Part shown: positions 23,298-35,189 of the stretch, one piece after another | How the letters are laid out: every line of letters begins with the position of its first letter | Position numbering within the stretch: position 1 is the stretch's first letter | Origin: Octopus bimaculoides | Lineage: Eukaryota | Length of the DNA stretch: 39,684 bases | Reading direction: 5' to 3' | NCBI RefSeq assembly: GCF_001194135.2 | Contig: NC_068989.1 | Location: 30,152,224 to 30,191,907 of the forward strand | Notes under the pieces: generated by a model | The model's database searches: none | Seen by the model: the letters and a program-made list of their open reading frames with translations, nothing else | Told to the model about the DNA's origin: nothing | Program-made: the position numbers and the translations under genes

Positions 23298-23774
23298 TTG
23301 GGTCATCCCATAAACAATGTGGCTTTTATATTTCTTTTATTTTTCAAAATTAAGATAAACCAAGTTCTTTTTTAATCTCAAATATACTTTCTTTCATTTT
23401 CTACAATACTCTTCCATCTATCTGGTAGACTTGCAAAGCTCCTCTTCCAAATTTCACTTGTCTGTGACGAAAAATACTCATCCAGTACTTTTCTGACCTC
23501 ATCTACAGAATTCATTTTTTTTTCTGTCTAAATGATTTTGAAGACTGCAGAANNNNNNNNNNNNNNNNNNNNNNNNNNNNNNNNNNNNNNNNNNNNNNNN
23601 NNNNNNNNNNNNNNNNNNNNNNNNNNNNNNNNNNNNNNNNNNNNNNNNNNNNNNNNNNNNNNNNNNNNNNNNNNNNNNNNNNNNNNNNNNNNNNNNNNNN
23701 NNNNNNNNNNNNNNNNNNNNNNNNNNNNNNNNNNNNGCAATTGAAAAAACCGCATTATTTACGGGATTACCCAA
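23298..23774 (-). mobile_element. Mariner element spanning a 184-N gap (same family as 36010-37267)
   Basis: Both TIRs are present (ttgggtcatcccataaacaatgtgg; gcaattgaaaaaaccgcattatttacgggattacccaa). The transposase 3' sequence matches 37015-37180. Confidence 0.85.
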
Positions 23775-23860
23775 TATATAGAATATCAGCATCTTTTCAG
23801 ACACTGATATTTCAAATAGCCAGCAGGTTTATTAAAAATTAATTATTAGTGATGGAAAAA

Positions 23861-25418
23861 GACATGACAGAAGTAAATGAACATCCCATAAAACATCGTT
23901 TTATGTTATTACCGCCTCCGTAGCAAAGGCAGAGGTATTGTTTTCAGTTGTGTTTGTTTGTTTGTCCATGGACAAAATATCTCAAGAACCGCTGGATGGA
24001 TTTGGATGAAACTTTCAGGTATGTTTGGCTTTGTGACTGGCACAAACTGATTAGATTTTGGGATTGGTCCAGTACCAGATAAGGATTCTGGATTATTTTT
24101 CTGTTTTTTTTTTTTTTTTTACTTAATTTCTGTGAGTGGATGGGTTCATTTTTAGTATTCTCATTTTTAAAATCATCTTCCACTAATTGTTGATAGGACG
24201 CTGATGTTGCCTTGGTGGAGGTTTGCGCTCTCTGAGTGCTCTTGTTCTAACTTGTAAAGGTTTATGTATTTTATTAATTGACATTTTTATGTTTCAAGTT
24301 CTATATGTGACTGTTTAATCATGCCATGTACAAAAGAAGACTTGGAACTGTCTGAATTTCAAAGAGGCCATATTGTGGGTCATTGTGAAGGTAGACATAG
24401 TGTAAAATCACAGAAGACCTTGGGATCCTGCTTTCTACAGTCAATAGAGTGATTGCGCAATTCACTAGAGAGGGGAAGGAGTCCACGTCACTTTGCCCAG
24501 ATCAACAAGGGCCCTACGACAGGACCCTTCTCTTTGTTAAGAGAAGTGTGGCAGATAATCCTTGTTGCAAGGCCTCTGACATAGCAGAATAAGTTGATGT
24601 CAGTTCCAGCTGTCAGGTGTCACCACAAACTTGGTTGCTATGGCAGAGTGATAAGAAAGAATATACTTCTTCAACCAGCCAACACCAAACGGAGAAAAGA
24701 TTGGACCAGTGAGATGGTGGAGAGGCCACTAGCATTTTGGGACACTGTCATATTCTCTGATGAATCCAGATTTACTGTATTTCTTGACAGTGGTCGAATG
24801 TGGGTCTTGATAGTGGTTGAATGTGGGTCTGTAAAAAGATTGCAGCTATTCTGTGATGGTCTGGAGAGCAATTTAGAGCAATGGTTGATCAGAGCTGGTG
24901 AAGTGTGAGGGAAATATAAACTCAGATAAATATGTGTCCTCATTGAAGAAAGGACTTTTTCCAATCTTCTCCAGTGGTGAAATGATTAAAGAAGACTCTT
25001 TATTTATGGAAGATGGGGCTCCTTGTCACACAGCTAAAAATGACCCAAGATTTGTCGGATGAGAATGGCATTAATAAGTTTCCATGGCCAAACCAGTTAC
25101 CAGATATGAACCCTATTGAACACCTCTGGAACATAATGAACAGGACATTTCATAAAAAGAGCAAGAAAGCATCTTCAAAGCTAGATCTTTTGAGATTACT
25201 GCATGAAACTTGGCAAGAAATTCCACAAGAGAATAATCACCATCTGATCAGTAACATGCCTAATAGGGTCCTTGCATTGAAAAATGCAGCGAGCATTTCT
25301 ACTAAATATTAAATATTCACATTATAACAATTAATAAATAATTTGCATGTACAATTTAAGATTTAAATAAATTTTAATGACTATAAGGAAGGATGTCTAT
25401 TTACTTCTGTTATGTCTG
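23861..25418 (+). mobile_element. Tc1 (DD34E) element, decayed, interrupted by a HINE
   Basis: TIR gacatgacagaagtaaatgaacatcc versus the reverse complement of 25391-25416 (23/26). Transposase 24321-25312: LSEFQRGHIVG, VIFSDESRF, FMEDGAPCH...WPNQLPDMNPIEHLW, with 34 residues between D and E after a frameshift. Confidence 0.88.
23906..24252 (+). mobile_element. Helentron-associated non-autonomous element (HINE/DINE-1-like)
   Basis: TT|attaccgcctccgtagcaaaggcagagg start; 3' subterminal ccttggtggagg followed by tttgcgctctctgagtgctcttgttcta; TT target; no TSD. Confidence 0.7.
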
Positions 25419-25438
25419 TATGTGTGTGTGTGTGTGTA

Positions 25439-25608
25439 TCATCATCATCATCATCATCGTTTAATGTCCGCTTTCCATGCTAGCATGGGTTGGACGATTT
25501 GACTGAGGACTGGTGAAACCGGATGGCAACACCAGGCTCCAATCTAAATTTGGCAGAGTTTCTACAGCTGGATACCCTTCCTAATGCCAACCACTCAGAG
25601 AGTGTAGT
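25439..25608 (-). mobile_element. RTE LINE 3' fragment
   Basis: (CAT)n-cgtttaatgtccgctttccatgctagcatgggttggacg...ctacagctggatacccttcctaatgccaaccac. Confidence 0.85.
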
Positions 25609-26586
25609 ACCACTCAGAGAGAACTGATTAATATATATTATTAATCAGTTCTCAAATTAAGGTTTTCTAACATTCAGGACACCAGGAAAGTGATGAGTTT
25701 AGCACATATGTATATGTACCACATACATATCTCCATATATACATATACATTCACAGATGTAGGTTCATGATCCAATCTAAGATCCAATACAGGGAAGGTT
25801 CCAGGTATGACATTTGTATAAAAGAAGAACACAAATTTGTTTAAAGATTTACTACAGCTGTTTCAAATGCCTTCTTTATTGATGAATAGTTTGATTATTA
25901 CAACTACATCATCAAAAAAAATGTTTTCCCTCTCTGTTAGCCATCTTTAAAAAGAGTGAAAACATAGGGAACTTTCTAAATTTAACTGGCTGTGAAGGAA
26001 ACATGCAGGCAAGAGGTCAGTGGGCAAAAAAAAATCTACAAAGAATTCAATTAAAATTTATTTATGTCTTCAAATTGGTCTGGATAGACAAATGAACAAA
26101 GATAAAGAGATGAGAGGAAGACACAGAGAAAAAAGAGATGAGGTGTTGCTGTTGTTTAGTCTCAAGTCAACCCTGATAAGGTAGATTTATGATTTTAAAT
26201 ATTCCACCTGTGAGTTCTTCTGAAAATATTTCACTAAATCTTTGGAAGTTTGTATTGAGAAGTTTGTTTACAGTAACAAGTTTTTCCTATGCTGTAGTAT
26301 GTATTTATAATTAAATGGGCCGAAAGTTAAGCTTTTTGGACAGAATACAGTGTTAATAATAAGACATTTACATCATAGTAAGAGGAATTGTTTATTGGTT
26401 AGATAATTCATATTAAAATAAGTTGAATATTGATTCAATTCCTATTTAAGACACAAAGAAATTCTTTATTGATAAACTGCTAACATTAGTTAAATCTCAA
26501 CATTTATGCCTATTTACAAATGGAGGTGTAGACTGACATATAGTGGGTGGCGGAGAGAATAATGTTAACAATAAATATCAACTTAC

Positions 26587-26708
26587 CAAAGTTCTTGGTC
26601 TATCCTCTTTTCTTCACGGACAAACTCTGTGTAATTTGCATCCACATCATGCCGCTCTTTTCGAATGGGGTGTAGACTGACCGTAAACGAAATTCTACTC
26701 AAAACATT
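26587..26708 (-). CDS. Internal coding exon of an unidentified host gene (122 bp, phase 0-2)
   Basis: ttttatag| acceptor and |gtaagt donor; open frame NVLSRISFTVSLHPIRKERHDVDANYTEFVREEKRIDQEL; CpG-retaining; phase matches the upstream exon. Confidence 0.75.
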
Positions 26709-27937
26709 CTATAAAAATATCATAATATCTAGTGTAAGAGAAGAGAATTGATGAGGTGATATTCATATCACATGTATAAATATGTATTTGGCATCCTATC
26801 AAATTTGTTTAAGCTGTACAACCAAAAAACTGAAGACTTAGCATTGAAGTAGTGATTTTAGGGAAAACACAACTGGTTTCTAGTTGTCACTTCTGGACAC
26901 TTAAGAGGACATGGATTCAATAATCCACATTAATAAAACACTTATCAATTATAATAGTTCACTACTTAAAACCTTATTTCTAGTTAGATTGGTTGAAACT
27001 TAAGAATTTTGTAGGACCACATTACTGACACTTTAGTTGGTATGTCACACTACATTGGCTCTGCAATTCATTTTGTCAGTATGGTGTTTAAATGCAATGA
27101 ATCTTATCAAGTATTGATAATCAGAGATATTTTAAAGTACTTTTTAAAGGAAGAGGTTAATTGGCTAATTACAGCAAGTGTGTTAAGTCTAATGTATTAC
27201 AAGTCTTATGTTCAACTTATGCCTCAACTAGTGAATATGTTTAATATGGATCAATCAGCCTTGGCAGTCAACAATTTAGCATTCCTACTTTACACCTGTA
27301 AAAATCATTTGTACCAACAATATACAAATGTTAAAAGTTTCTGAAATCTATTTTCTACATAAGATCTAAGTAGCCAAGTGAGTATATGAACTCATAATCT
27401 ATACTCTCAGTACCTGTGTGAGTATATGAACTTATGAGCTGCATCTTATATGTCTGAGTGAGCAAGTGAATAAGCACACACTCAGTTTTAGACTATTGAT
27501 TCATGATCCAAAGCTGATAGTCTAAAAACTTATTCACTGAATATACTATTACACATTACTCATAACTCTAGGATACCAATATAGCAGCTTTGAAAATCAT
27601 TTTTATTTTCGTGTCCAAGGAGAAGAGATATTGTAGTGTGTAGTTTGAACTATTGCAGATTAGTAGTCAGAGGTGAAAAACATGGTCAGAAATAAAATGT
27701 TGGTAAAAATGGCTTTAAGTGATGAGAAACAATGATAATAAAAGTAGGAGAGAATTAAGCTCAATGAATACTTTTAGTGTTATAAAATTCCGAAGTTCAA
27801 AGGAGCCAATGGCATAAAACTATAACAAATAGATAGAAGAAAACAAATAAATATATCTAAATTAGTAATGATAATAGTTGTTCTAGTAGTAGGAAATAGT
27901 AAATTTAAATGTAAAGAAGCAAAAATTTTTAGCCTAC

Positions 27938-28188
27938 CAAAATTTTTTTAGCCGATTCAGCCATCAATGTCTGCCCAGTTTCTGTATTTTTCCGATGTAA
28001 GAGCTGTAAGTTTTTAAGATCAGCCTTCAGTTCTTCAACCCTGCGCTTTACAAGGATCATACGTACACGAGTATTCGGTCCAATTACTGGTGGCTGGTTG
28101 GTATATTTGCTGCGAGTAGGTTTCTGAGAATGTGTTGCTGCTGCTGCTGGGTAACCACTTTGAGCAGCACCAGGGATGTCTGATAGAC
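27938..28188 (-). CDS. Coding exon of an unidentified host gene (251 bp, phase 1-0), probable coiled-coil segment
   Basis: ttcatctgcag| acceptor and |gtaggc donor; encodes (x)LSDIPGAAQSGYPAAAATHSQKPTRSKYTNQPPVIGPNTRVRMILVKRRVEELKADLKNLQLLHRKNTETGQTLMAESAKKIL. Confidence 0.72.
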
Positions 28189-28735
28189 CTGCAGATGAAA
28201 TAATCAAACAAATAGATAATAGAAAAATCAAAAGTAAATTAGACAAAAACTTTTACATTAGTTTTATATCTATCTAACATATTTGTCTATAGAAATATAG
28301 GTTGGATGGTTCACGAAATTTGGTCATTTGCATAAAAATTTGAATCAATTGTTTTTTCATATGTGAAGGGATACTGTTCTTATTATAAATCAAGGAAAGG
28401 AGGCAATGTTTATACTTTTGTCACTACTTTGGTAAGTGAAATATGTCTGAAATTATCTTCCATACCAGAAAATGAAAATAATATTAGTCATTAATTGTTG
28501 TTGTTTTTTTCTCAACACAAAATTATTTCTAAGTTTTTTAATGCTCCATGAATGAAACACTAAGTAATCTATTTTCATTTTGCAATTTACACGGTTTTAA
28601 GCTTAACACAATGACAGTAAAAATAATTGAACTTTAAACCATTGTTTTATTAGTTCACTCACTATTTGACAAAACAAGAAAATGATCAATATAATAATAT
28701 ACCAACAGAAAAGCATTTTCAGCTTTAAGCAGATA

Positions 28736-30548
28736 TGAGGGTTCTACCAAAGGTAATGCTAAAGTGAACATAACTTTTTTTATTAACTGACATAGGTTGT
28801 TCAAATTGCACGTGTTGGTAGAATAACTCTACCTCTATGGTAAATCTTCCTGTTCTTCATTGCAGGCAAATAATGGGTTCCAAACAGAAGCGGCTTGTCA
28901 TCATTGAATTCCTGATGAAGGAAGGCTGTATGCTGTTTGGCATTTACAGAAGGTTACAGGCTGTTTTCAAAGATAATACCATGACAAGAGCAATGAGCAT
29001 AAATGGATGAAGAAGTTTAAAGAAGGGAAGACTAGCAATTAAGACAAACTACATAGTGGAAGACCATCAACTGTGACCACTGATATTAATTGCTAAGAAG
29101 TGGATGAATTAATTTACACAATCCACAAGCTTGCTACATGATGATGCAATACAAGATGATATAAGATTTTGGGGGTTGGAAAGTGTATGCAAAGTGGGTG
29201 CTAAACAGTTGATACCTGATTTGAAGCAGAGACAGATGAAAGTCTTCTCTGATCTGCTGAAAGTATTTGAAGCCAATGAAGATGTTTTTTTTTTATATCT
29301 GATCAGGTGACAAGGAATGAAACAGTTGTATATTTATGATCCAAAACTGAAGATTCCATCTATGGAATGGCCTCACATCTCTTCTCCAAAGTCTAAGAAG
29401 TTCAACAACCAGCAATTGGCACAGAAAGTTATGGGGATTGTATACTCTATCCATCCATTCATCATCATCATCATCATCATTTAACGTCCGCTTTCCATGA
29501 TGGCATGGGTTGGACGGTTTGAGTGAGAACTAGCAAGCTGGGAGGTTGCACCAGGCTCCAATCTAATTTGGCATGGTTTCTACAGCTGGATGCCTTCCTA
29601 ATGCCAACCAATTTAAGTGTGTAGTGGGTGCTTTTTATGTGCCACTGGCACAGTAGCTAGTGTAGTGGGTGTTTTCTACGTGCCACTGGCATGGTAGCTA
29701 GTGTAGTGGGTGTTTTCTGCGTGCCACTGGCATGGTAGCTACTTGAATGATGCCTTTTATGTGCTGCCAGCATGGGTGCCAGTCAGGCAGCACTGGCATT
29801 GGCCATGCTTGAATAATGCTTTTTATGTGCCATTGGCACGGGTGCCAGTCAGGCGGCACTGGCATTGGCTACTCTCAAATGGTACTTTTTATGTGCCACC
29901 AGCACAGGTGCCAGTCAGGTGGCACTGGCATCGGCCATAATTATGATTTCACTTGGTTCAAGAAATCTTTACAAGCACACCACATGACTCAATAATTGAA
30001 GGGTGCTTTTAAATGGGTCAGTTATGTGACACTGGCATTAGTCACGACTACAATCTCACTTGGCTTGCCAGGTCTTCTCAGGCACAGCATATCTCCAAAA
30101 GTCTCAGTCACTTGTCATTGCCTCAGTGAAGCCCAATGTTCTAAGATCATGCGTTACCACCTCATCTCATGTTTTCCTGGATCTACCTCTTCCACAGGTC
30201 CCCTCCCTTGTTAGGGCATGACACTTCTTCACACAGCTGTCCTCATTATACAGTGCAAATTTAGTGCCCCCTAATTTCTAGCTGTTTAGCCCAATGAGAA
30301 CAATGGCGATGCAAATGAGGTGAAAGTGGCTGAGAAAAAGTAAGTACAACAGTGCACACATGAATTTTTGCAAAGTGGATTTGAGAGTTGAATTCAATGA
30401 CAAATGCATCACTTGTGCTGGAGACTATGTTGAGTAAATAACTTTATATAGAAAAAGGGTTATTTTACTAACATGTGCAATTTAAACAATGTATAACAAT
30501 TAAAAAAACAGTTATGTCCATTTTTGCATTATTTTCAGCTCAAACTTT
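28736..30548 (+). mobile_element. Mariner (irritans-like) element split by an RTE insertion
   Basis: TA-tgaggg 5' TIR; MGSKQKRLVIIEFL...SGRPST...AKWV...YDPKLKIPSMEW..SSPKSKK...KVM, then YSANLVPPNF...DKCITCAGDYVE; 3' TIR shares taatgc.aaa..g.acataact. Confidence 0.82.
29448..30250 (-). mobile_element. 5'-truncated RTE LINE (ORF C-terminus, 3' UTR, (GAT)n tail)
   Basis: EDSCVKKCHALTREGTCGRGRSRKT*DEVVTHDLRTLG..AMTSD*DFWRYAV.EKT.QAK*; tail at 29448-29480. Confidence 0.9.
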
Positions 30549-32764
30549 TTAATTATTGTTGGCCAGTGGGTGTATAAAAATTAGATCAGTTGATCAACTG
30601 AACTGCAATCAATAGTATAAAAGTAAGACATTTCCCTTTCTTCATCAGCCTGGTAGTATCTTTCTAAGCAAATGATAAACACTTAGTTTGTCATAGGGAT
30701 GATAGTTGCTCCACATGACAGATATGAAAACACAATCATGATTAGCAGATCTCATATAATAAAAAAACTCTACCAAAGTGATTCTGTGACTGTATGAAAA
30801 TAGACAGGATTTACTAAGTTGAAATTATCCTGGAAACACTTAAATCACAATAACAATTTTTTAATTCCATTATACCAAATAGATCACGGCCTTTGTTAGT
30901 AATAACAACAATCTGCCTTACTCATGAGTACATACTACAAGGAATTTATAAACTTAAGAATTTCAAATATTTTAAGAAAAATGGGAGGAGTGTTTCAATA
31001 ATTTTCACAATATAGTTTGTGTGGTTTGTGAATTTAGTTATATAGTCATGATGTTGATGAGAAGGACAACCATGATAATGATTATAATTATCAATTTAGG
31101 CACAAAACCAGCAGTTTGGTAGGAAGGTTGAAGTGAAGAGATTATGTAGAAACTACTTTACTCACTCCTCATTGCATAATGAGATAAGCAAGAATCTCAG
31201 ATCAAACTAAAGCATAGTATGCCTAGAAATGCAACTGGACCTCTTGATTGATTATCTCAGTCCTATTTCTCTTCTAGAAATTTACTGGATCAAACTTTAT
31301 AATCACAAGTCACAATATTTACTTTTCTGCTTTATCCTTTTCTTTAACTTTTCAAACACAAATTTGCATTTTTCAAGAACAGCTACAAAATTGTATTCCC
31401 ATGCCATAGTTTAAATATATCTTATTTATCTTGAGCTGAAAATATATTCCCATGCTAGTTTAAAGTATATTCTAATTCTGAAAAAATCTATAAAAATTTA
31501 ATTCTTTCAAATGATTTCACTAAATCTTAACACATGCAGATGTACAAGGCAGTGTCATAAGATTTGGAAAAAGACACTGAAAAATTTTGTAGGCATTTTT
31601 GAAAAGGCACAAGAGTAGAACACAGCTGTGATAGAAACAAAGCCAGTGAATGAATGAATGACTTATTAGATGTAAGACAAAGACAGTTTGTGAGTGATAA
31701 AAAGATGCTAGAATTAAGGTTGTGCACATGTGAGAGAATATGATCATTTACTTTTGCAAAGATAAAGAGTCTTGAGAATAATACAAAATAAAAGACAGAG
31801 TTTACATATTTCTTTACTGTACATATTTTTTAAAAGGGATCCCAACAAAAAAATTTCAGCCCTTTTAGCAGTCATTTAAACATATGCATTATTATATCAC
31901 TTCTTTATATTAACAATGAATGAATAGTCATACAGAGATCATAAAAGATATTGAGAGACAGTCAAATTGATAGGGTAAAGGCCTCAAGTAGAAAGACTGA
32001 AGTGCTTGTGATCAAGGTACTTATGTCACTAGCTTTGTTCACTAGTAGTTACCTGTTTGCAACAAGTGTTGATTAAAAATGTATCTTGGATTTCATGATC
32101 CAAAATGTCCTTCTTTTATTAAGATTGTAGTGAGTGACTTTATGGAGATTTAGTTGTGATTTCAATGTAAAATTACCTGTCTTTCATAATGGCACAGCAA
32201 TTCAACAAGGTTAGTAAACTAAAGAAAAATTGTTTGCCAGTAGCTTCTGGTGGGCAGTAAATAGAATGAAGGGATTTCTTTATTAAGCATAAGACCTTTG
32301 TTAAGCAAGTTAAAGTATTTTATATAATACTACACCTTAACATGATTTCATGTGTTGCAGGCTTGAAATCCAATACTTTATTTACATGTCCATTACAGTT
32401 TGCAAATAATTTGCACATAATCTCTTAATAGTCATGAATAGGGAGGTAAATAACTCTAAGTGCCTTCTGAATGTCTGCAATACTTAATATATACATAATG
32501 TATCCATAATTTTATTTAATCACCCTTTAATCAAGAATTTGTGTATTGCTATAAGCATGGCACTGGGTCCTTAAGAAAGAAAGTGCATGATCAGAGAAGT
32601 ACCAGGTGTGGAGTGTCTTATCAAGAAACAAGTTTATGGATTTTCAGAATTTTGATTTTAGTATAATATCACTTTTATCAGGGCAAGAATATCAGCTATT
32701 AAATTAAGCACAGTACCTTTTTGTAACTATTGACATTTAATATAGAAACTTATATAATAAGTAT

Positions 32765-32986
32765 CTTATTTCTTTACTGCCCACATAGAGGGGACAAACA
32801 AGAACAGACAACGGGATTAAGTTGATTACATCGATCTCAGTGCATAACCGGTACTTAATTTATCGACCCCGAAAGGATGAAAGGCAAAGTCGACCTCTGC
32901 GGAATTTGAACTCAGACATAATGGCAGATGAAATACTGCTAAGCATTTCGCCCGGCATGCTAACATTTCTGCCAGCTCGCCACCTT
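32765..32986 (-). mobile_element. tRNA-derived SINE (second family)
   Basis: Head ggtggcgagctggcagaa...gagttcaaattcc; central gcctttcatcctttcggggtcgataaattaagtacc (Nin-domain-like, from memory). Confidence 0.8.
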
Positions 32987-33209
32987 ATACTTATAAGATA
33001 CTTATACTTATAGATACTTATGTAATAAGTATCTATTGACACAATCTATTGATAATTATTATATAATATCCCAGAAATACACATGATAATATGGCCCTTC
33101 AAATATGAGAGAAAAACATTTTGGTGCCCACAAAATACTTGGCTTGGTTTTGTTAAAAGTTGTTCCAGCTTTACTGCCTTAGTTTTAATATATAGTCTTT
33201 TATATTTTT

Positions 33210-33258
33210 CTTTTACTTGTTTTAGTCATTTAACTGCACCATGCTGGAGCACCGCCTT
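33210..33258 (-). mobile_element. SINE 3' fragment (19008 family)
   Basis: Reverse complement aaggcggtgctccagcatggtgcagttaaatgactaaaacaagtaaaag. Confidence 0.75.
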
Positions 33259-35189
33259 GGATATGTACTAAAAGATGGAAAATAACTTCTATATAGCCAT
33301 AGCGGACAATTTATAAGTAAGCACTATATCTGTAATAAATTGTTAGCAGGCCACTTGACATGTAATTAAAGGATAATGGTATTTAAATGATAGAACAGCT
33401 AATACTTGAAATCATATCTGTTGTAAAGTATCTGCTGCAAGAATTTAGATAAGTCAAACACATGTACGTAATGGCAAGTGCTCATAAAAATATATCTTTG
33501 AGGTTCATTACATTACTTTTAGTTGGGTATCATACTGGTGATGATGAAAGGAATATTATTTTAATATTGCTATGATAAACTATATATTGAATAAAGTGAC
33601 AAAAGTATGTTCAATCATTTGAGATCATTTGAATAGTTTCTACTTTGAAGAGCATGCTACCAAAGCAAAAATATTGCATATTAAATACATGCAGCAATAT
33701 TTCTATTATTCAACAAGCAATTTCCCTGCTAAACAGGAAGTTCATGAAGCACAATAATAGTTAAAAAAACAAAAAGAGCAACTTTCAGGCAAACTGAAGC
33801 TAACAGTTTCACTAATAACTTCCTGATATTAAGTTGTTCATTACAATATCATTTTATATCAGTTTTTTAAAACAAACAATGTACTTTTTTAAAAAATTCA
33901 GTATTTCTATAAATTATCAAAGAAAGTGATATTTTTATGGTAGGATCTTACATCATGTGCCAAGCAATTAATGTTGAAACAGAAATGGTATTTATTGACA
34001 ACTAAGTTAACTGAATCAAAGGTACATTGAACATCACAATGACATTATTTCAATATTTTATGAAATTAAAAACCTCTTGAAATGACAGTTTACATTTGTT
34101 GAAAGTGTAAATAAAAGAAAACTGATTTAATAACAATTTTTTATGTAGTGTAGAAAATAAGTAAAAATAATACTAGTATACTGTAATTTCTACCTATTTT
34201 CTGTTGGTATGGTATTTAGATAGAAATGGTTACAAGTGTATTACTAGCAGATTGGAATCAATTTATACTCCTTCTGTAGATCATGACTTATTATTGATCT
34301 TTTGTATTAGATTCTGCAGGTAGACACTTGTATGGAAGGCATGAAGAAAGAAGCTCTAGGAAGATGGAAGTTTAGAGATAAAGGATTAGGTAAAATGTTT
34401 AGAGCTGAGACATTATAGACAATAAAAAGTGTGGAGATTGTTGTTGTTTAACTCCAGGTTAGCCTTGACCAAACTGGACTATGAAAGACATTCCAGCTAT
34501 GATCATCCCATCTTTTTTCCTTTGCACTTGGAACAGAGATCCATATTATTTGACATGTCTTTTTTTAAGTTAGTAGGTATGATTTGAGGTGGATTTATCT
34601 GCTATTTCTAGCAAGTGAAACAACTCTCATTGGCTTGAGGAGTATAAGTGAATGCACTGTATAAGTGAAAGAACTACTGTAGTAATAATAAAAATGATAG
34701 AAAGAAGATACAATGTGAAGATAAGTGAACTTGTACTAATCAAAAGATCTGCTTTGGCAATGCCAATTAAGATGTTTGTATGCATAAAACTTTCAACCGA
34801 GAAATATGAACAATTGCACTCTAATGATGGTTACACTATGACTTATAGACACTCAACAATTGCCCAGAACCAAAATATTTTCTGAACCTTAAGAACAAAC
34901 CTGCATTTTGGATATAATTTTGGCTATATCATTGATGCGTGTTTGCCAAATGCTGAGCTTCAGAGATTGGGAAGCTAAACATTTGTAGAGTTTGTGAAGA
35001 TCTTAGATATATGTTTCCCATGAGTAGATAAGATATATTGTGGTATATAGGTATAATAGAACAAAATATGAACAGGTAGCTGCAAGGTATAATGCATTTA
35101 TATAACATACTGAAGAGAGATCAAAAACATATATGTACTAGTACATAATTCTGAAAAGAAATAGACTCTAAAACCTTTAGAGCAGTAAA

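Noticed and set aside
25860-25945. Acceptor ctttttaaag| opening WLTERENIFFDD as the next exon of the minus-strand gene
   Set aside because: Splicing to the upstream TG| creates TGA. No SECIS evidence was seen and the donors are weak.
34440-34620. Possible decayed LINE/SINE tail (similar start at ~26150)
   Set aside because: Too degraded to assign a family or boundaries without a library search.
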